Assembly: GCF_006345805.1 (NCBI RefSeq)
Contig: NW_021825309.1
Span: 1 to 15,995, forward strand
DNA from: Octopus sinensis
Taxonomy: Eukaryota
Direction: 5' to 3'
Length of the DNA stretch: 15,995 nucleotides
Below are positions 1 to 10,380 of this stretch, in pieces. The position numbers and the translations under genes are program-made. Position 1 is the stretch's first letter. Each line of letters opens with the position of its first letter. Under the pieces are notes generated by a model that saw nothing but the letters and a program-made list of their open reading frames with translations, was not told the origin of the DNA and made no database searches.

Positions 1-470
1 AAAATGTTATTCAAAGTCACATATTAATTCTTTTGAGTACGGAAGAAACATTTGGTCAACGTATTCCTAAGTATGCAATTTCTGAAGATTGTACAGTCAT
101 GATTAAAACACATTCTACTACATCTGTTGGATCATGAGGGCTTAACAAGGTCTTAAGCATCGACAACAATGTATAGTCTTAAGTACGCTGGCTCTCATAA
201 CTTCTTCCTGTCCGTGTACCACATTCGATACACGGACGTATTTCTATGGCGTGTATATATATTCAGATATGTACACATCCCCATATTTTCAACCACTAAT
301 GTATAAAAGAAGGGCTAACTAAAACTCTGAAAACAAGCAGGGATTTTTAGGATAAACTTATGAAGATGCTTAGACAGGCAAGGTAAATGCTCAGTAATGT
401 CCCTCAAATTTTACTACCGAGGAGGGCTAATATACTCGCAAATATATCACTATATATACTCGTAGTTATA

Positions 471-695
471 AAAGCGGCGAGCTGGCAGAAACGTTAGCAC
501 GCCGGCGAACGCGTAGCCGTATTCGTCTGCCGTTACGTTCTGGTTTCAAATTCCCCCGAGGTCGACTTTGCCTTTCATCCTTTCGGGGTCGATGATTAAG
601 CCCATTTTACGCACTGATGTCGATGTAATCGACTTAATCCGTGTTGTCTGTCCTTTTGTCCCCTCTGTGTTTAGGCCCCTTGTGGGCAATAAAGA
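471..695 (+). mobile_element. tRNA-derived SINE, family A, tail variant A2
   Basis: A-box-like TGGCAGAAACG and B-box-like GGTTTCAAATTCC; core CCTTTCATCCTTTCGGGGTCGAT shared with five other copies in the window; direct repeat TATATATACTCGTA at 451-464 and 696-709 (candidate TSD). Confidence 0.85.
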
Positions 696-1169
696 TATAT
701 ATACTCGTAAAGTTTTGTCTCATATTCTTCGAAAACTTTTTATTCTTCCTAGCTTTCAGAATTTTCGAAAATATTATTGGCATTCATTGAATTCTTCTTC
801 CTCTGCTATATCAACGGTGCCATCCTGATATAACATAAACCACTACGGAATACATATTCTTTGTATAACCTTGCGTTTTATTTCAAACTATAACAAGCAA
901 GTGTTAACTGCAATATTCAAGCTTTTCCTATGTTTGTAGCTCACTTAGAGACAGATAGAACTCAAGAAAAACGAGATTAACAAATGAAAGGACGATAATT
1001 ATTAATCTCATCATTGCAGTTTCTTTGGTTGTTGTTGTTGTTGTGTACGCGGGTGTGCGTGCATTCATAAATATACACACAAGCACACAAGCTTATATAT
1101 ATATATTAGCACGCACGCGCGCATATATGAATTTATACATGCAGGCACTTAGTGCACATATGTATACTC

Positions 1170-1400
1170 TCATTTTACTCTCTTACTTGTCTCAGTTGTT
1201 TGACAGCCCATACTGGAGCACCGCCTTTAGTCGAACATATCGACTCCAGAGCTTATTCTTTGTAAGCCAAGTGACTTATTCTATCGTTTTCTTTTGCCGA
1301 ACCGCTAAGTTACGCGGACGTAAACACTCCAGCATCGGCTGTCAAGCGATGTTGGGTAGGGGGACACATACAAACATATACACACACACATGCATATATA
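1170..1400 (-). mobile_element. SINE family B, 3' half including tail
   Basis: Reverse complement aligns with the 3' half of the B copies at 6064-6500 and 15571-15979 (CTTAGCGGTTCGGCAAAAGA..CGATAGAATAAGT..GGTGCTCCAG..GTAAAA tail). Confidence 0.85.
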
Positions 1401-1403
1401 ACA

Positions 1404-1473
1404 TTGCTGTTCTGAAATAGAGTCACATGAGTCACCAATGCAAATACACTATTTCTAAAGATGTGCGTATTGT
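1404..1473. repeat. ~70-bp non-SINE cassette, second copy at 3306-3395
   Basis: TTGCTGTTCTGAAATAGAGTCAC..ATGAG.CA.CAA.GCAAATA.ACTATTTCTAAAGA..TGTGCGTATTGT is present at both loci, with about 4 substitutions plus indels. Confidence 0.9.
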
Positions 1474-1718
1474 CAAACGATGCTGGGGGTGGGGACAAAC
1501 AGACACACAGGCATATACACACACATACATACACACACATATATATATATACATATACGACGGGCCTCTTTCAGTTTCCGTCAACCAAATCCACTCACAA
1601 GGCTTTGGTCGGCCCGAAGCTATAGTAGAAGACAGTTGCCCAAGGTGCCACACAGTGGGACTGAACCTGGGACCATGTGGTTGGTACGCAAGCTACTTAC
1701 CACATAGCCACTCCTGCG
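1471..1718 (-). mobile_element. SINE family B, 5' half (tRNA-like head, CORE-like block, internal microsatellite)
   Basis: Reverse complement gives CGCAGGAGTGGCTATGTGG (A box), GGTTCAGTCCC (B box) and CCTTGGGCAACTGTCTTC; matches 6064 and 15571. Confidence 0.9.
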
Positions 1719-1854
1719 AATGTATACGTAAGTATGTGGTTATGTATGCAATATATAAATAATATAAGAGCGATAGTACTATTAAAAATACCATTGCTAG
1801 TGGCAGCGAATACAATATTTGTGTGTGGCTGTCTGTTTGTGTCTCTGTTATGTG

Positions 1855-2190
1855 TTATATGTATATGTATATATTATATATTATATAGATATAATATATA
1901 TATATATATAATATATATATATACATATATATATATATATTATATATATATATATATATATATGTAATGTATATATATGTGTATATGTATGTATGTATAT
2001 ATATGATATATTTGTATATATATGTTATATATGTATATATGTGTGTGTGTATATAATATATTAGGTATGTATGTGAATTATAATATATGTATATATAATG
2101 TGTTGGTGTGTGTGTGTGTTGTATATTATGTATATATGTGTGTGTGTATATATATGTGCGTGAATGTATATATATATATATATATATATT
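1855..2190. repeat. compound (TA)n/(TG)n microsatellite
   Basis: Direct reading; source of the IYIY/VCVC ORFs. Confidence 0.95.
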
Positions 2191-2257
2191 TACATAGTTC
2201 TTCACAAGAGTGTGCATGTGATATAAATAATAACGGCAGTACCAACAAATACGCCTG

Positions 2258-2385
2258 CATGTGTGTGTGTGTGTGCGTGTGTGTGTGCGCGCGCGTGTGT
2301 GTGTGTATCTGTGTGTGTTTGTTTGTTTGTGTAAGTATGCATGTAGGGGCGTGTGTTTAAAGCGGCTGGCTGTATGTGTGTGTGT
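2258..2385. repeat. imperfect (TG)n microsatellite
   Basis: Direct reading. Confidence 0.9.
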
Positions 2386-2710
2386 TCTTCACTACTGTTT
2401 ATATCCCAAAACTACTACAGTTAACTATCTGTGGTGGACACACATTGCAAATATTATTCCAAAGTCACGAATGACATGTTTTCAAGGCATATTTGTATCA
2501 TTACACCGCCATCTCGCCTCCACGCACTTACCTAGTTGCCCATAAATCAAGTTTATTGCAGTTTTATGACTGACACGGGGGACAAGGGATTTGTACCAGC
2601 CCCACAAACAAAACATTGCGACCAACATCTACACCAGACTATGTATTTAGCTCAAATCTTAATCTATACAGACTTATCTACATACATAAATGTAGACGGG
2701 GGCCCCGCTG

Positions 2711-2910
2711 CATGTTTGTATTTGCGTGTGTGCGTGTGCATGTGTTTGTGTGTGTGTGTGTGTGTGTGTCCTGTGTGTGTGTTCTGTATGTGTGTGTCCT
2801 GTGTGTTCCGTGTATGAATATGTCAGCATACGCGAGTGTATGAACTTATATGGTTTAATTTATGTGTGTATAGGTGTGTGTGTGTGTGTGTGGGAGGGCA
2901 TATGTGTGAA
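2711..2910. repeat. degenerate (TG)n microsatellite
   Basis: Direct reading. Confidence 0.9.
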
Positions 2911-2974
2911 TTAGTGATAAATCTTCATACATTACTCATTGGCCTAAAGTTTCGTTCAAGCCATTTGCCAAACA

Positions 2975-3091
2975 ATATATATATACACACACACACATAT
3001 ATATGTATATAATATACATATGTATATACATACATGCATACATATATGTGCATACATGCATATATATATATATGTATATACATACATACAT

Positions 3092-3122
<31 letters not shown>

Positions 3123-3185
3123 CATACATACATACATATATATAAATATAAATGTGTGTGTATGTGCATGTGTGTTTGTGTGTTG
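2975..3185. repeat. compound (TA)n/(CATA)n/(TG)n microsatellite
   Basis: Direct reading. Confidence 0.9.
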
Positions 3186-3305
3186 GGTGTGTGGAATCTC
3201 TTCTCTGTCTCTGTTTTTGTGATGTCTCCCGTATATGTGTGTCTGTTTGTCTCAGTATAGGTGGGGCCTCATGCGTAAGTATGCAAGTATGTCTACGAGT
3301 ATCTG

Positions 3306-3395
3306 TTGCTGTTCTGAAATAGAGTCACACATGAGACATCAACGCAAATAAACTATTTCTAAAGACGGGTGTATATATATATATGTGCGTATTGT
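3306..3395. repeat. second copy of the ~70-bp cassette, with an internal (TA)n expansion
   Basis: Aligns with 1404-1473. Confidence 0.9.
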
Positions 3396-3510
3396 TTAAG
3401 CTCATACATTAATATCTATAATTACACACAGATATACAGATGCATAAACACACACACAGACACACCTAGGTATATGCTTTCATATCCTTAATTTTACATT
3501 TAGTCTAAAA

Positions 3511-3517
3511 TGCGTGT

Positions 3518-3561
<44 letters not shown>

Positions 3562-3616
3562 AGTGTGCATGTGTATGTGTATGTGTGTGTGCGTGTGTGT
3601 ATGTGTATCTCTGTGT

Positions 3617-3654
<38 letters not shown>

Positions 3655-3662
3655 CTCTGTGT

Positions 3663-3718
<56 letters not shown>
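3511..3718. repeat. long (TG)n microsatellite
   Basis: Direct reading; contains a duplicated interruption GTATCTCTGTGTGTGTATG. Confidence 0.95.
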
Positions 3719-3720
<2 letters not shown>

Positions 3721-4634
3721 TATGTCTCTTGTAACATGCGTAGTTTTACATTCATTCTTACTCAGGCAGAGCTTGTACACACCCACTCATAAAATTTCTT
3801 GCTCGGGGGTTAAACTATTTAGCCGATCCCATTAGCAGTAATGATTTTCCTACTTAATGTATTTTATCGTAAAAATCTGTCTAACACAAGAAAAAGAGAG
3901 AAAAAGAAAAAAGAAAGAAAGCAGACAGAAGAAAAAGCAAAACACGAGAAAGTTATATGTTAAGATTAAGATCTCCATTTCTAGTTTCCCAAAGTGCCAT
4001 TCTAAGTCTAATAGCTTTTGCCAATGAACAAAACATCTATCACTTTAATTGATTCATTATTACCATGTCTTTTACCCACATAGTGTGGTCTACATTGGAA
4101 ACATTTTCCCAAATAGTTTTCTGTAATAATTTTGCATCTTTTTTGTGTGTTTTTTTTTTGCATGTCTTTGATATAATACCATTTTGTTTTACGTAAGAAC
4201 TAACATTCTTCTAATATTGAACTATGTTATGTATACATGCCAAGTGTTGTGTTTTTGATATTGTTGGTATTTTTTTCTTCTTCTTATGTTATGTATGCAT
4301 GCTTACGTATTTAAGACATAATTACGTTTAAGTCTTACAGTGGAATTATTTACAATATAGAAATAATTCACATTAGTTTGTTCTGTTGAGATGAATAAGT
4401 AGTCTGTTTTGGTTTATCTGATTTAAGCAATCTTAAATATCTGATTTACAAACAGCTATTTCTGGTAGAAAGAGGGAAAAATATTAATAAGTGACAACAA
4501 TAACCAACTGAACGAAACGTGGAGATGAGACATAGTTCTTTTAGTCATACGGGTTTTTGTCTAGAAATATGTGCTAAAGACATCACTTAATATTCCCAAA
4601 CACGATTCTTCATAGCATCTGTTTTGCCAAATGC

Positions 4635-4680
4635 TTTGTTACATAAAGTTATTTGTTACATATCGTTATTTGTTACGTAA
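4635..4680. repeat. 17-bp tandem repeat, ~2.7 copies
   Basis: TTTGTTACATAAAGTTA / TTTGTTACATATCGTTA / TTTGTTACGTAA. Confidence 0.85.
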
Positions 4681-4835
4681 ATTAGAATGTTTCTAAAGAG
4701 TTACAATAAACGGGTAAGGAGCAAAGAAATAAGCATACGTAGTAATAAAGCGATGTACAGATTTTAGTAAAAGGGAATATTTAACAAAATTCTCATGAAA
4801 TAATATGTAACTAACTATAGAGCCTTTTATGGATA

Positions 4836-4869
4836 TAGATAGATACATACATACATACATACATACATG

Positions 4870-4911
<42 letters not shown>

Positions 4912-5162
4912 AGATAGATAGATAGATGGATCGATGGATCGATGGTTGGGTAGATAGGTAGGTAGGTAGGTGGATGGATGGACGGATAGATAGATCGATA
5001 CATACATACATACTACACACACATACATACATACATACATACATACATACAAACATACATACATACATACATACATACATACATACATACGTACGTACGT
5101 ACGAACACATGCGTGTATTTGTGTGTGTATGTGTGTGTGTGTATGTGTGTGTGTGTGTGTGT

Positions 5163-5197
<35 letters not shown>

Positions 5198-5201
5198 TGT
5201 G
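4836..5201. repeat. compound tetranucleotide (GATA/CATA/GATG/GGTA/CGTA) plus (TG)n microsatellite
   Basis: Direct reading. Confidence 0.95.
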
Positions 5202-5559
5202 TTATACGCATACACACGCAATTTCACCACAACTAAAATGTCTCTCTTTCTCGTGATCACTTCTGGCGCGATTTCGTTTCGCCTAACTCTGAGGTATATT
5301 GTTTTATTTTTGTTAAATGATTTTTCCCAGATGAAAGCAATAGCTTAAAGAACACACTCATACATTAATTATAAAGTGTGTGCGTGTGCGTATGCGTGTT
5401 CCTGCCTGCGTGTGTGCATGCGTGCATGTGTGTGTGTGTGTGTGTGAGTAGCTTAACCTCGGACAAGCTTAATGTACCGACACTGAGTGACCCATCTTAA
5501 TTAATGCAGTGAAAGAAAATACAAACACCTTTCTATATGACACTCTCTGATGCATCTGG

Positions 5560-5745
5560 ACAAGTTATCTGTGATGTTTCCCAGAGGCAAGAGACACTCG
5601 CGCACACGTGACCCAGCCAGGGTATATCAAACCCTACCTTTCGGCCAGTTAGTAGTATCTTCTCTTGGGTTCACAAGTCCTAATCCACCACACTCATACG
5701 GGAATCTCTGCTGCCCTGGTCGCCAACTTGATGGCCATCAACCTA
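5560..5745 (-). pseudogene. possible decayed LINE ORF2 fragment (post-RT PxxxGGLGL motif, L1/Tx1-like)
   Basis: Minus-strand frame reads ...RFPYECGGLGLVNP... (5701-5666) in a GC-richer island; single motif only, with stops nearby. Confidence 0.35.
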
Positions 5746-6063
5746 CTGGCCCCCTGTGATATAGTACTTATGCGGTGTGAAGAAGAAAATCTTTTATTTT
5801 AAGGAATAACATCTTAATTTGGTTTCTGAAAATTCAGGTGACAACTCGAGATGGGCGAGTATTTTGGAAGGAATTGTTGCTCGCACGGAAAACAACGATT
5901 AACAACGGAGAACGAGTTGCAGCCTCATGAAAGTTCCTGAGCACAGAATGACGTTCTCCACAGATGTCGACAAACCATCTGCGAAAGATTAACTCTGAAT
6001 AAATCGAAACAACATGGGTAAAAATTAGGGCGAGAAGCATAGACAGACACACATATTATTTTG

Positions 6064-6500
6064 AGGAGTGGCTGTGTGGTAAGTAGCTAGCTTTCCAACC
6101 ACATGGTTCCGGGTTCAGTCCCACTGCATGGCAACTTGGGCAAGTGTCTTCTATTATAGCCTCGGGCTGACCAAAGCCTTGTGAGTGGATTTGGTGGACG
6201 GAAACTGAAAGAAGCCCGTCGTATATATGTTTATATATACTTATGTATGTGTGCGTGTATATGTTTGTGTGTCTGTGTTTGTCCCACCCCCCACACACAC
6301 ACATCGCTTGATAACCGATGCTGGTGTGTTTACGTCACCGTCACTTAGCGGTTCGGCAAAAGAGACCGATAGAATAAGTCCTGGGCTTAGAAAGAATAAG
6401 TCTAGGAGTCGATTTGCTCGACTAAAGGTGGTGCTCGAGCATGGCCGCTGTCAAATGACTGAAACAAGTAAAAGAGTAAAAGAGTAAAAGAGTAAAAGAG
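6064..6500 (+). mobile_element. SINE family B, near full length
   Basis: A box TGGCTGTGTGG, B box GGTTCAGTCCC, CTTGGGCAAGTGTCTTC block, internal (TA)/(TG) tract, 3' tail (GTAAAAGA)x4. Confidence 0.92.
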
Positions 6501-6814
6501 CCTATGATGTGATATGTGTGTTTTCTTTACGTACTAAGTTTCAAATCGATAACAATATATGATTTGTCTTCTGTTGTACTTCATATTTTTGATCGATAAT
6601 TTTGGAATATGCGTGAGAACAAACAAGAGAACATTGTAGGATGTTTGTAGAAATCTCAATACTTTCATTGACAAATCCATGCATTCTTTGTCAAGAGTAT
6701 AACCAGAAATAATAATATTAATACAGCGAAAATAAGTAATACATATAAATACTGCCCTATTATTATTATTATAGAGAATAGGGCAAAAGTTTACGATACC
6801 TGATAGCTAGAATC

Positions 6815-6950
6815 TCTGTCTGTCTCTCTGTATCTCCCCCCCCTTCTCACTCTCTCTCTTACACACACAAGCACACATACACGCACGCACGCACGCACGC
6901 ACACATACACACGCTCACAATCACACACAAACGCATACACACAATAGCAT
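6815..6950. repeat. compound (TC)n/(CA)n/(CGCA)n microsatellite
   Basis: Direct reading. Confidence 0.85.
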
Positions 6951-7059
6951 AAACTGATACTTGAAGATATTATATAGGAGGCCTAGATTATACAATTCGG
7001 CCTGTAATTTTCCTCCCTGAAACGAACGCGCGCGCGTGTGTCTGTAAAGATACATACAT

Positions 7060-7174
7060 ACGTATATATATATATATCTATACTATATATAATCTTATAT
7101 ACATATATATATAGCATGGCCACCGCTCAAGAGCTGAAACTGGAAAAACATAAACATATAACATATGTTATACA

Positions 7175-7203
<29 letters not shown>
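7060..7203. repeat. (TA)n-rich tract
   Basis: Direct reading. Confidence 0.8.
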
Positions 7204-7205
<2 letters not shown>

Positions 7206-7424
7206 TTCTTTTAATACCCACAAGGGCTAAACACAGAGGGGACAAACAAGGACAGACAAACGGATTAAGTCGATTACATCGACCCCATGCGTAACTGGTA
7301 CTTAATTTATGACCCCGAAAGAATGAAAGAATAAAGTCGACCTCGGCGGAATTTGAAACTCAGAAACGTAAACGCCGACGAAATACGGCTACGCATTTCG
7401 CCCGCGGGCAAACGTTTTCTGCCA
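7204..7424 (-). mobile_element. SINE family A, tail variant A2
   Basis: Reverse complement aligns with 471-695, including the A2 tail (GACTTAATCCGTTTGTCTGTCC..CCCTTGTGGG); lacks the first ~10 nt. Confidence 0.88.
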
Positions 7425-7439
7425 TATATATATTATATA

Positions 7440-8733
7440 TTAGGTCGTCAAGTATGAAATTTGTTGTAAGGTTTATAGTAAACTTCGACAGCTGCTCATC
7501 ATTTTGCGCCATTATTATATATTGACACTATTTTTTTTTAGAAAGTTGATATATATATTTCTATATTCTAACACATTTTGCGCTTTATAAAATATTCATA
7601 AATCGTTTTTTACTATTTTTGTTTAGACATCGATAAGTCGGAAAATCGTACAGTTTAGAAATATGAGTTCTTTCTTAGAAATACAGCATCAAAGACCAGA
7701 ATATTAATGGAGTATTTCATTCTAATGTTGTTGCACAGCAGACAGTATCAAATTGATTTTCAAAATTTCTTGTAACTTTGACCTCACAAATGAGCAATGC
7801 GGTCGACCAGAAACAAAAGTGGATAATGACGAACTGAAAGCCACCGTCGAGTCTGATCCGTCTCAAAGTTCCCGTGAATTATCGTTGTTGTTTGATGTTA
7901 ACAAGTAAACAATATTGACTCACCTAGTTTAAATCGGTTAAGTGAAAGAGTTCGATAAGTGGGTTCCACATGAATTCAATGAAAATCAGAAACAGCAACG
8001 TTTGGAAGCCTGCGTTATGCTACGTTCTTGTCACAAAAATGAATCATTTTTGAATCGAATTGTAACATGTGATGAGAAATGGATCCAATACAACAGCCGT
8101 AAACGTTCAGCACAATGGTTGGACAAAGACGAACCACCAAAACACAGTCCAAAAACAAAATTCATCAAAGGAAGCTGATGGTGTGTGTTTGGTGGCCATG
8201 CGCAGGTGTGATCAATTATGATTTCATTAAACCTGGCTCATCAAACACGGCCGAAGTATACTGCAGCCTAGTATACAAATATACCAAATATACAACTGGA
8301 CCAAATGATGCAAAAACTTACAAAAAAAAACAGCCTAAATTAGTCAAGATCCATTTTAATTTTATTGCAAGACAGGCCAGACCACACATCGCAAAAATGA
8401 CCTTGGTGAAACTACAGGAGTTGGAGTTGGAAGTTCTCCATCATCCACCATACTCACCTGGTCTTGTCCCCACTGACTACCGCTTCTAGAATTTGGATAA
8501 ATTTTTGATAGGAAAACAATTTAATTCCGACGATGCTGTAAAACAGGCCTTCCAAGATTTTATTGACTAAATTGCCAAACTTTTACAGTTCGTGCTGGAC
8601 AAGCTACCGCTGAAATAGCAAAAGTATATTGATAATATGAGTGCATCCTTTGATGAATTAGACTATTCCTTGTATTTAATAAAACATTAGCAAACTTTTT
8701 TCTTTTCCACAAATTTCATACTTGATGATCTAA
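7440..8733 (+). mobile_element. full-length (1294 bp) inactive mariner transposon, Hsmar1/cecropia-like
   Basis: TIRs TTAGGTCGTCAAGTATGAAATTTGT (7440) and rc TTAGATCATCAAGTATGAAATTTGT (ending 8733), 2 mismatches; TA on both sides (7438-39, 8734-35); transposase motifs inside. Confidence 0.95.
7629..8660 (+). pseudogene. mariner D,D34D transposase, with frameshifts and stops
   Basis: KWVPHE, RIVTCDEKW, KLMVCVWW, ARPH and HPPYSPGLVPTDY motifs in ORFs 7942-8178 and 8115-8489; N-terminal DKSE.RT..YEF remnant near 7630. Confidence 0.95.
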
Positions 8734-8735
8734 TA

Positions 8736-8850
8736 CACACACACGCACACACGCACACAATAACTTATCTATATATACATATATGTGTGTGTGTATGTGT
8801 GTTTGTGTGTGTGTGAGAGACAGACAGACAAACGGACGGACAGAGTGAGA
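8736..8850. repeat. compound (CA)n/(TA)n/(TG)n/(GACA)n microsatellite
   Basis: Direct reading. Confidence 0.85.
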
Positions 8851-9544
8851 GAAAGAAAGGGAGACTTTCATTAAATATATGATGTTATCTAATTTTTATT
8901 TATTTATTTTTCGTATTTTCTTATTAGTTTAGTTTATATATTGTTTGGTACAACATAGTTCGAAATACAAATACGACGTTTCTCGAACTTCACAGTCTCT
9001 ATTTCAAGAATCCAATATATTTAGCTTCATGTAGGCATCACGCCAATGCATTTTCTTTGTTAGTATCAAGCGTCAACAGTAAAATGTTGATTTATTAACA
9101 ACGTCAAATTTTGACCATCAGGATTTTAAAATTTTTATGTCAGTAATTTTTGTGTGATCGAATCTTAATTTTGGCATTGCATTGCGATATGTGGATACAA
9201 TTATTTTCGATTCTTGTGTAGAATTTTATAAGTATTAGATATTCACCGATAGAGTTTTCCTCACTAATTTCGCTTTTGTGCTCTAATGATGTGCAATTCC
9301 TCCTCTATGTTGGAAGTGCATGGTAGCCTTAGAGGTTATAGATCTCTTCGGTCTTTTGAAGCAAAATTGAAAATGAAGCTAATGATTCATCAAAAGTGTT
9401 TATTTTGATTAATTTAAATTCTTACGATGAGTAATATATTAGATATCTTTCCCTCCTCCTCCACGTAAGTATGACATTTGTACATGACACACATCGGTTT
9501 CTTTTGAAAATTCACGATAAATACTGCGAAATGCTTTATACATA

Positions 9545-9558
9545 TACGTGTGTGTGTT

Positions 9559-9593
<35 letters not shown>

Positions 9594-9596
9594 GTG
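9545..9596. repeat. (TG)n microsatellite
   Basis: Direct reading. Confidence 0.9.
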
Positions 9597-9904
9597 TTCA
9601 CATGCATTTCGGTCTTCCGTTTTTCCTTCTCCTACCTATTATTTTCTTTTCTAGCCTATCTTCTAGAAGAAGAGGGAATAACCGACATATAAAATATATT
9701 TTTTCTACATTTCCTGAGCGCCAAACTAATATCCATTCAGTATTTGTTTTATATTCTTTTCCTTTTTTTTTTTTTCGTATTTTTATACTACGTACAACAC
9801 AGACACACTGACGTGTGCGCACAAACACGTGACTCTAATCCGGTCTATTTGCCTTTATATTTACTTGCCTATTGTTATACCTGTCTCCATGTTTATCTAT
9901 TTGA

Positions 9905-10380
9905 TGTATATGTTAGAGTAAGTGTACGTGTGTGTATACATGTATATATGTGTGTGTGTGTGTATATGTATGTGTACATGCATATATATATTCATATATA
10001 TATATATATATATATATATGCATATATATATATATTGTGTGTGTGTGTGTATGAATGTGTATATATATGCATATATATATGTAGGTATGTATACATATAT
10101 TCATATATTTGTGTATGTACGAATGTATACACATACATAATACACCACACACACATATTATATAATATATATATAATATATATATCCGTATATATATATG
10201 TATGAATATTACACATACATATATATATATGTATGTATATACATTCATACATATATATATACTATAAATATATATATATTTTTGTGGTGTGTGTGTGTGT
10301 GTGTTGGTGTGTGTGTGCGTGCGTGTGTGTGTGTATGTATGTATGTATGTATGTAGTATGTATGTATGTACTATGTATGT
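9905..10380. repeat. compound (TG)n/(TA)n/(TATG)n microsatellite
   Basis: Direct reading. Confidence 0.95.

Noticed and set aside
210-237. Perfect 9-bp inverted repeat GTCCGTGTA/TACACGGAC
   Set aside because: Isolated; stems of this length are expected occasionally by chance in 16 kb.
351-382. Possible 32-nt exon DKLMKMLRQA (TTTTTAG|..AG|GTAAAT) with upstream CTAAC
   Set aside because: Purine-rich acceptor region with competing AGs; no homology recognised.
560-600. Hammerhead-like purine motifs (CGAAAGGATGAAAG) on the antisense strand of SINE A
   Set aside because: No CUGANGA core positioned with stems; not supported without a covariance-model search.
4635-4680. CRISPR-like or spacer-containing array
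   Set aside because: Contiguous 17-bp tandem units without spacers, in eukaryotic DNA.
5830-6000. Possible second mariner remnant (MASI..EGI..KTTIN.GE)
   Set aside because: Needs several assumed indels, and no TIR or catalytic motif is visible.
6668-6785. Two 8-9 bp inverted repeats (TTGACAAA/TTTGTCAA; TGCCCTATT/AATAGGGCA)
   Set aside because: Short and AT-rich, with no TSD or second copy.
3254-9470. Several GTAAGT donor-like sites (for example near 3274 and 9465)
   Set aside because: GTAAGTATG arises readily from degenerate TATG repeats; no coherent gene model.
5605-9833. Two CACGTGAC E-box motifs (5605, 9826)
   Set aside because: Far apart and in CA/TG-like context; no further support.
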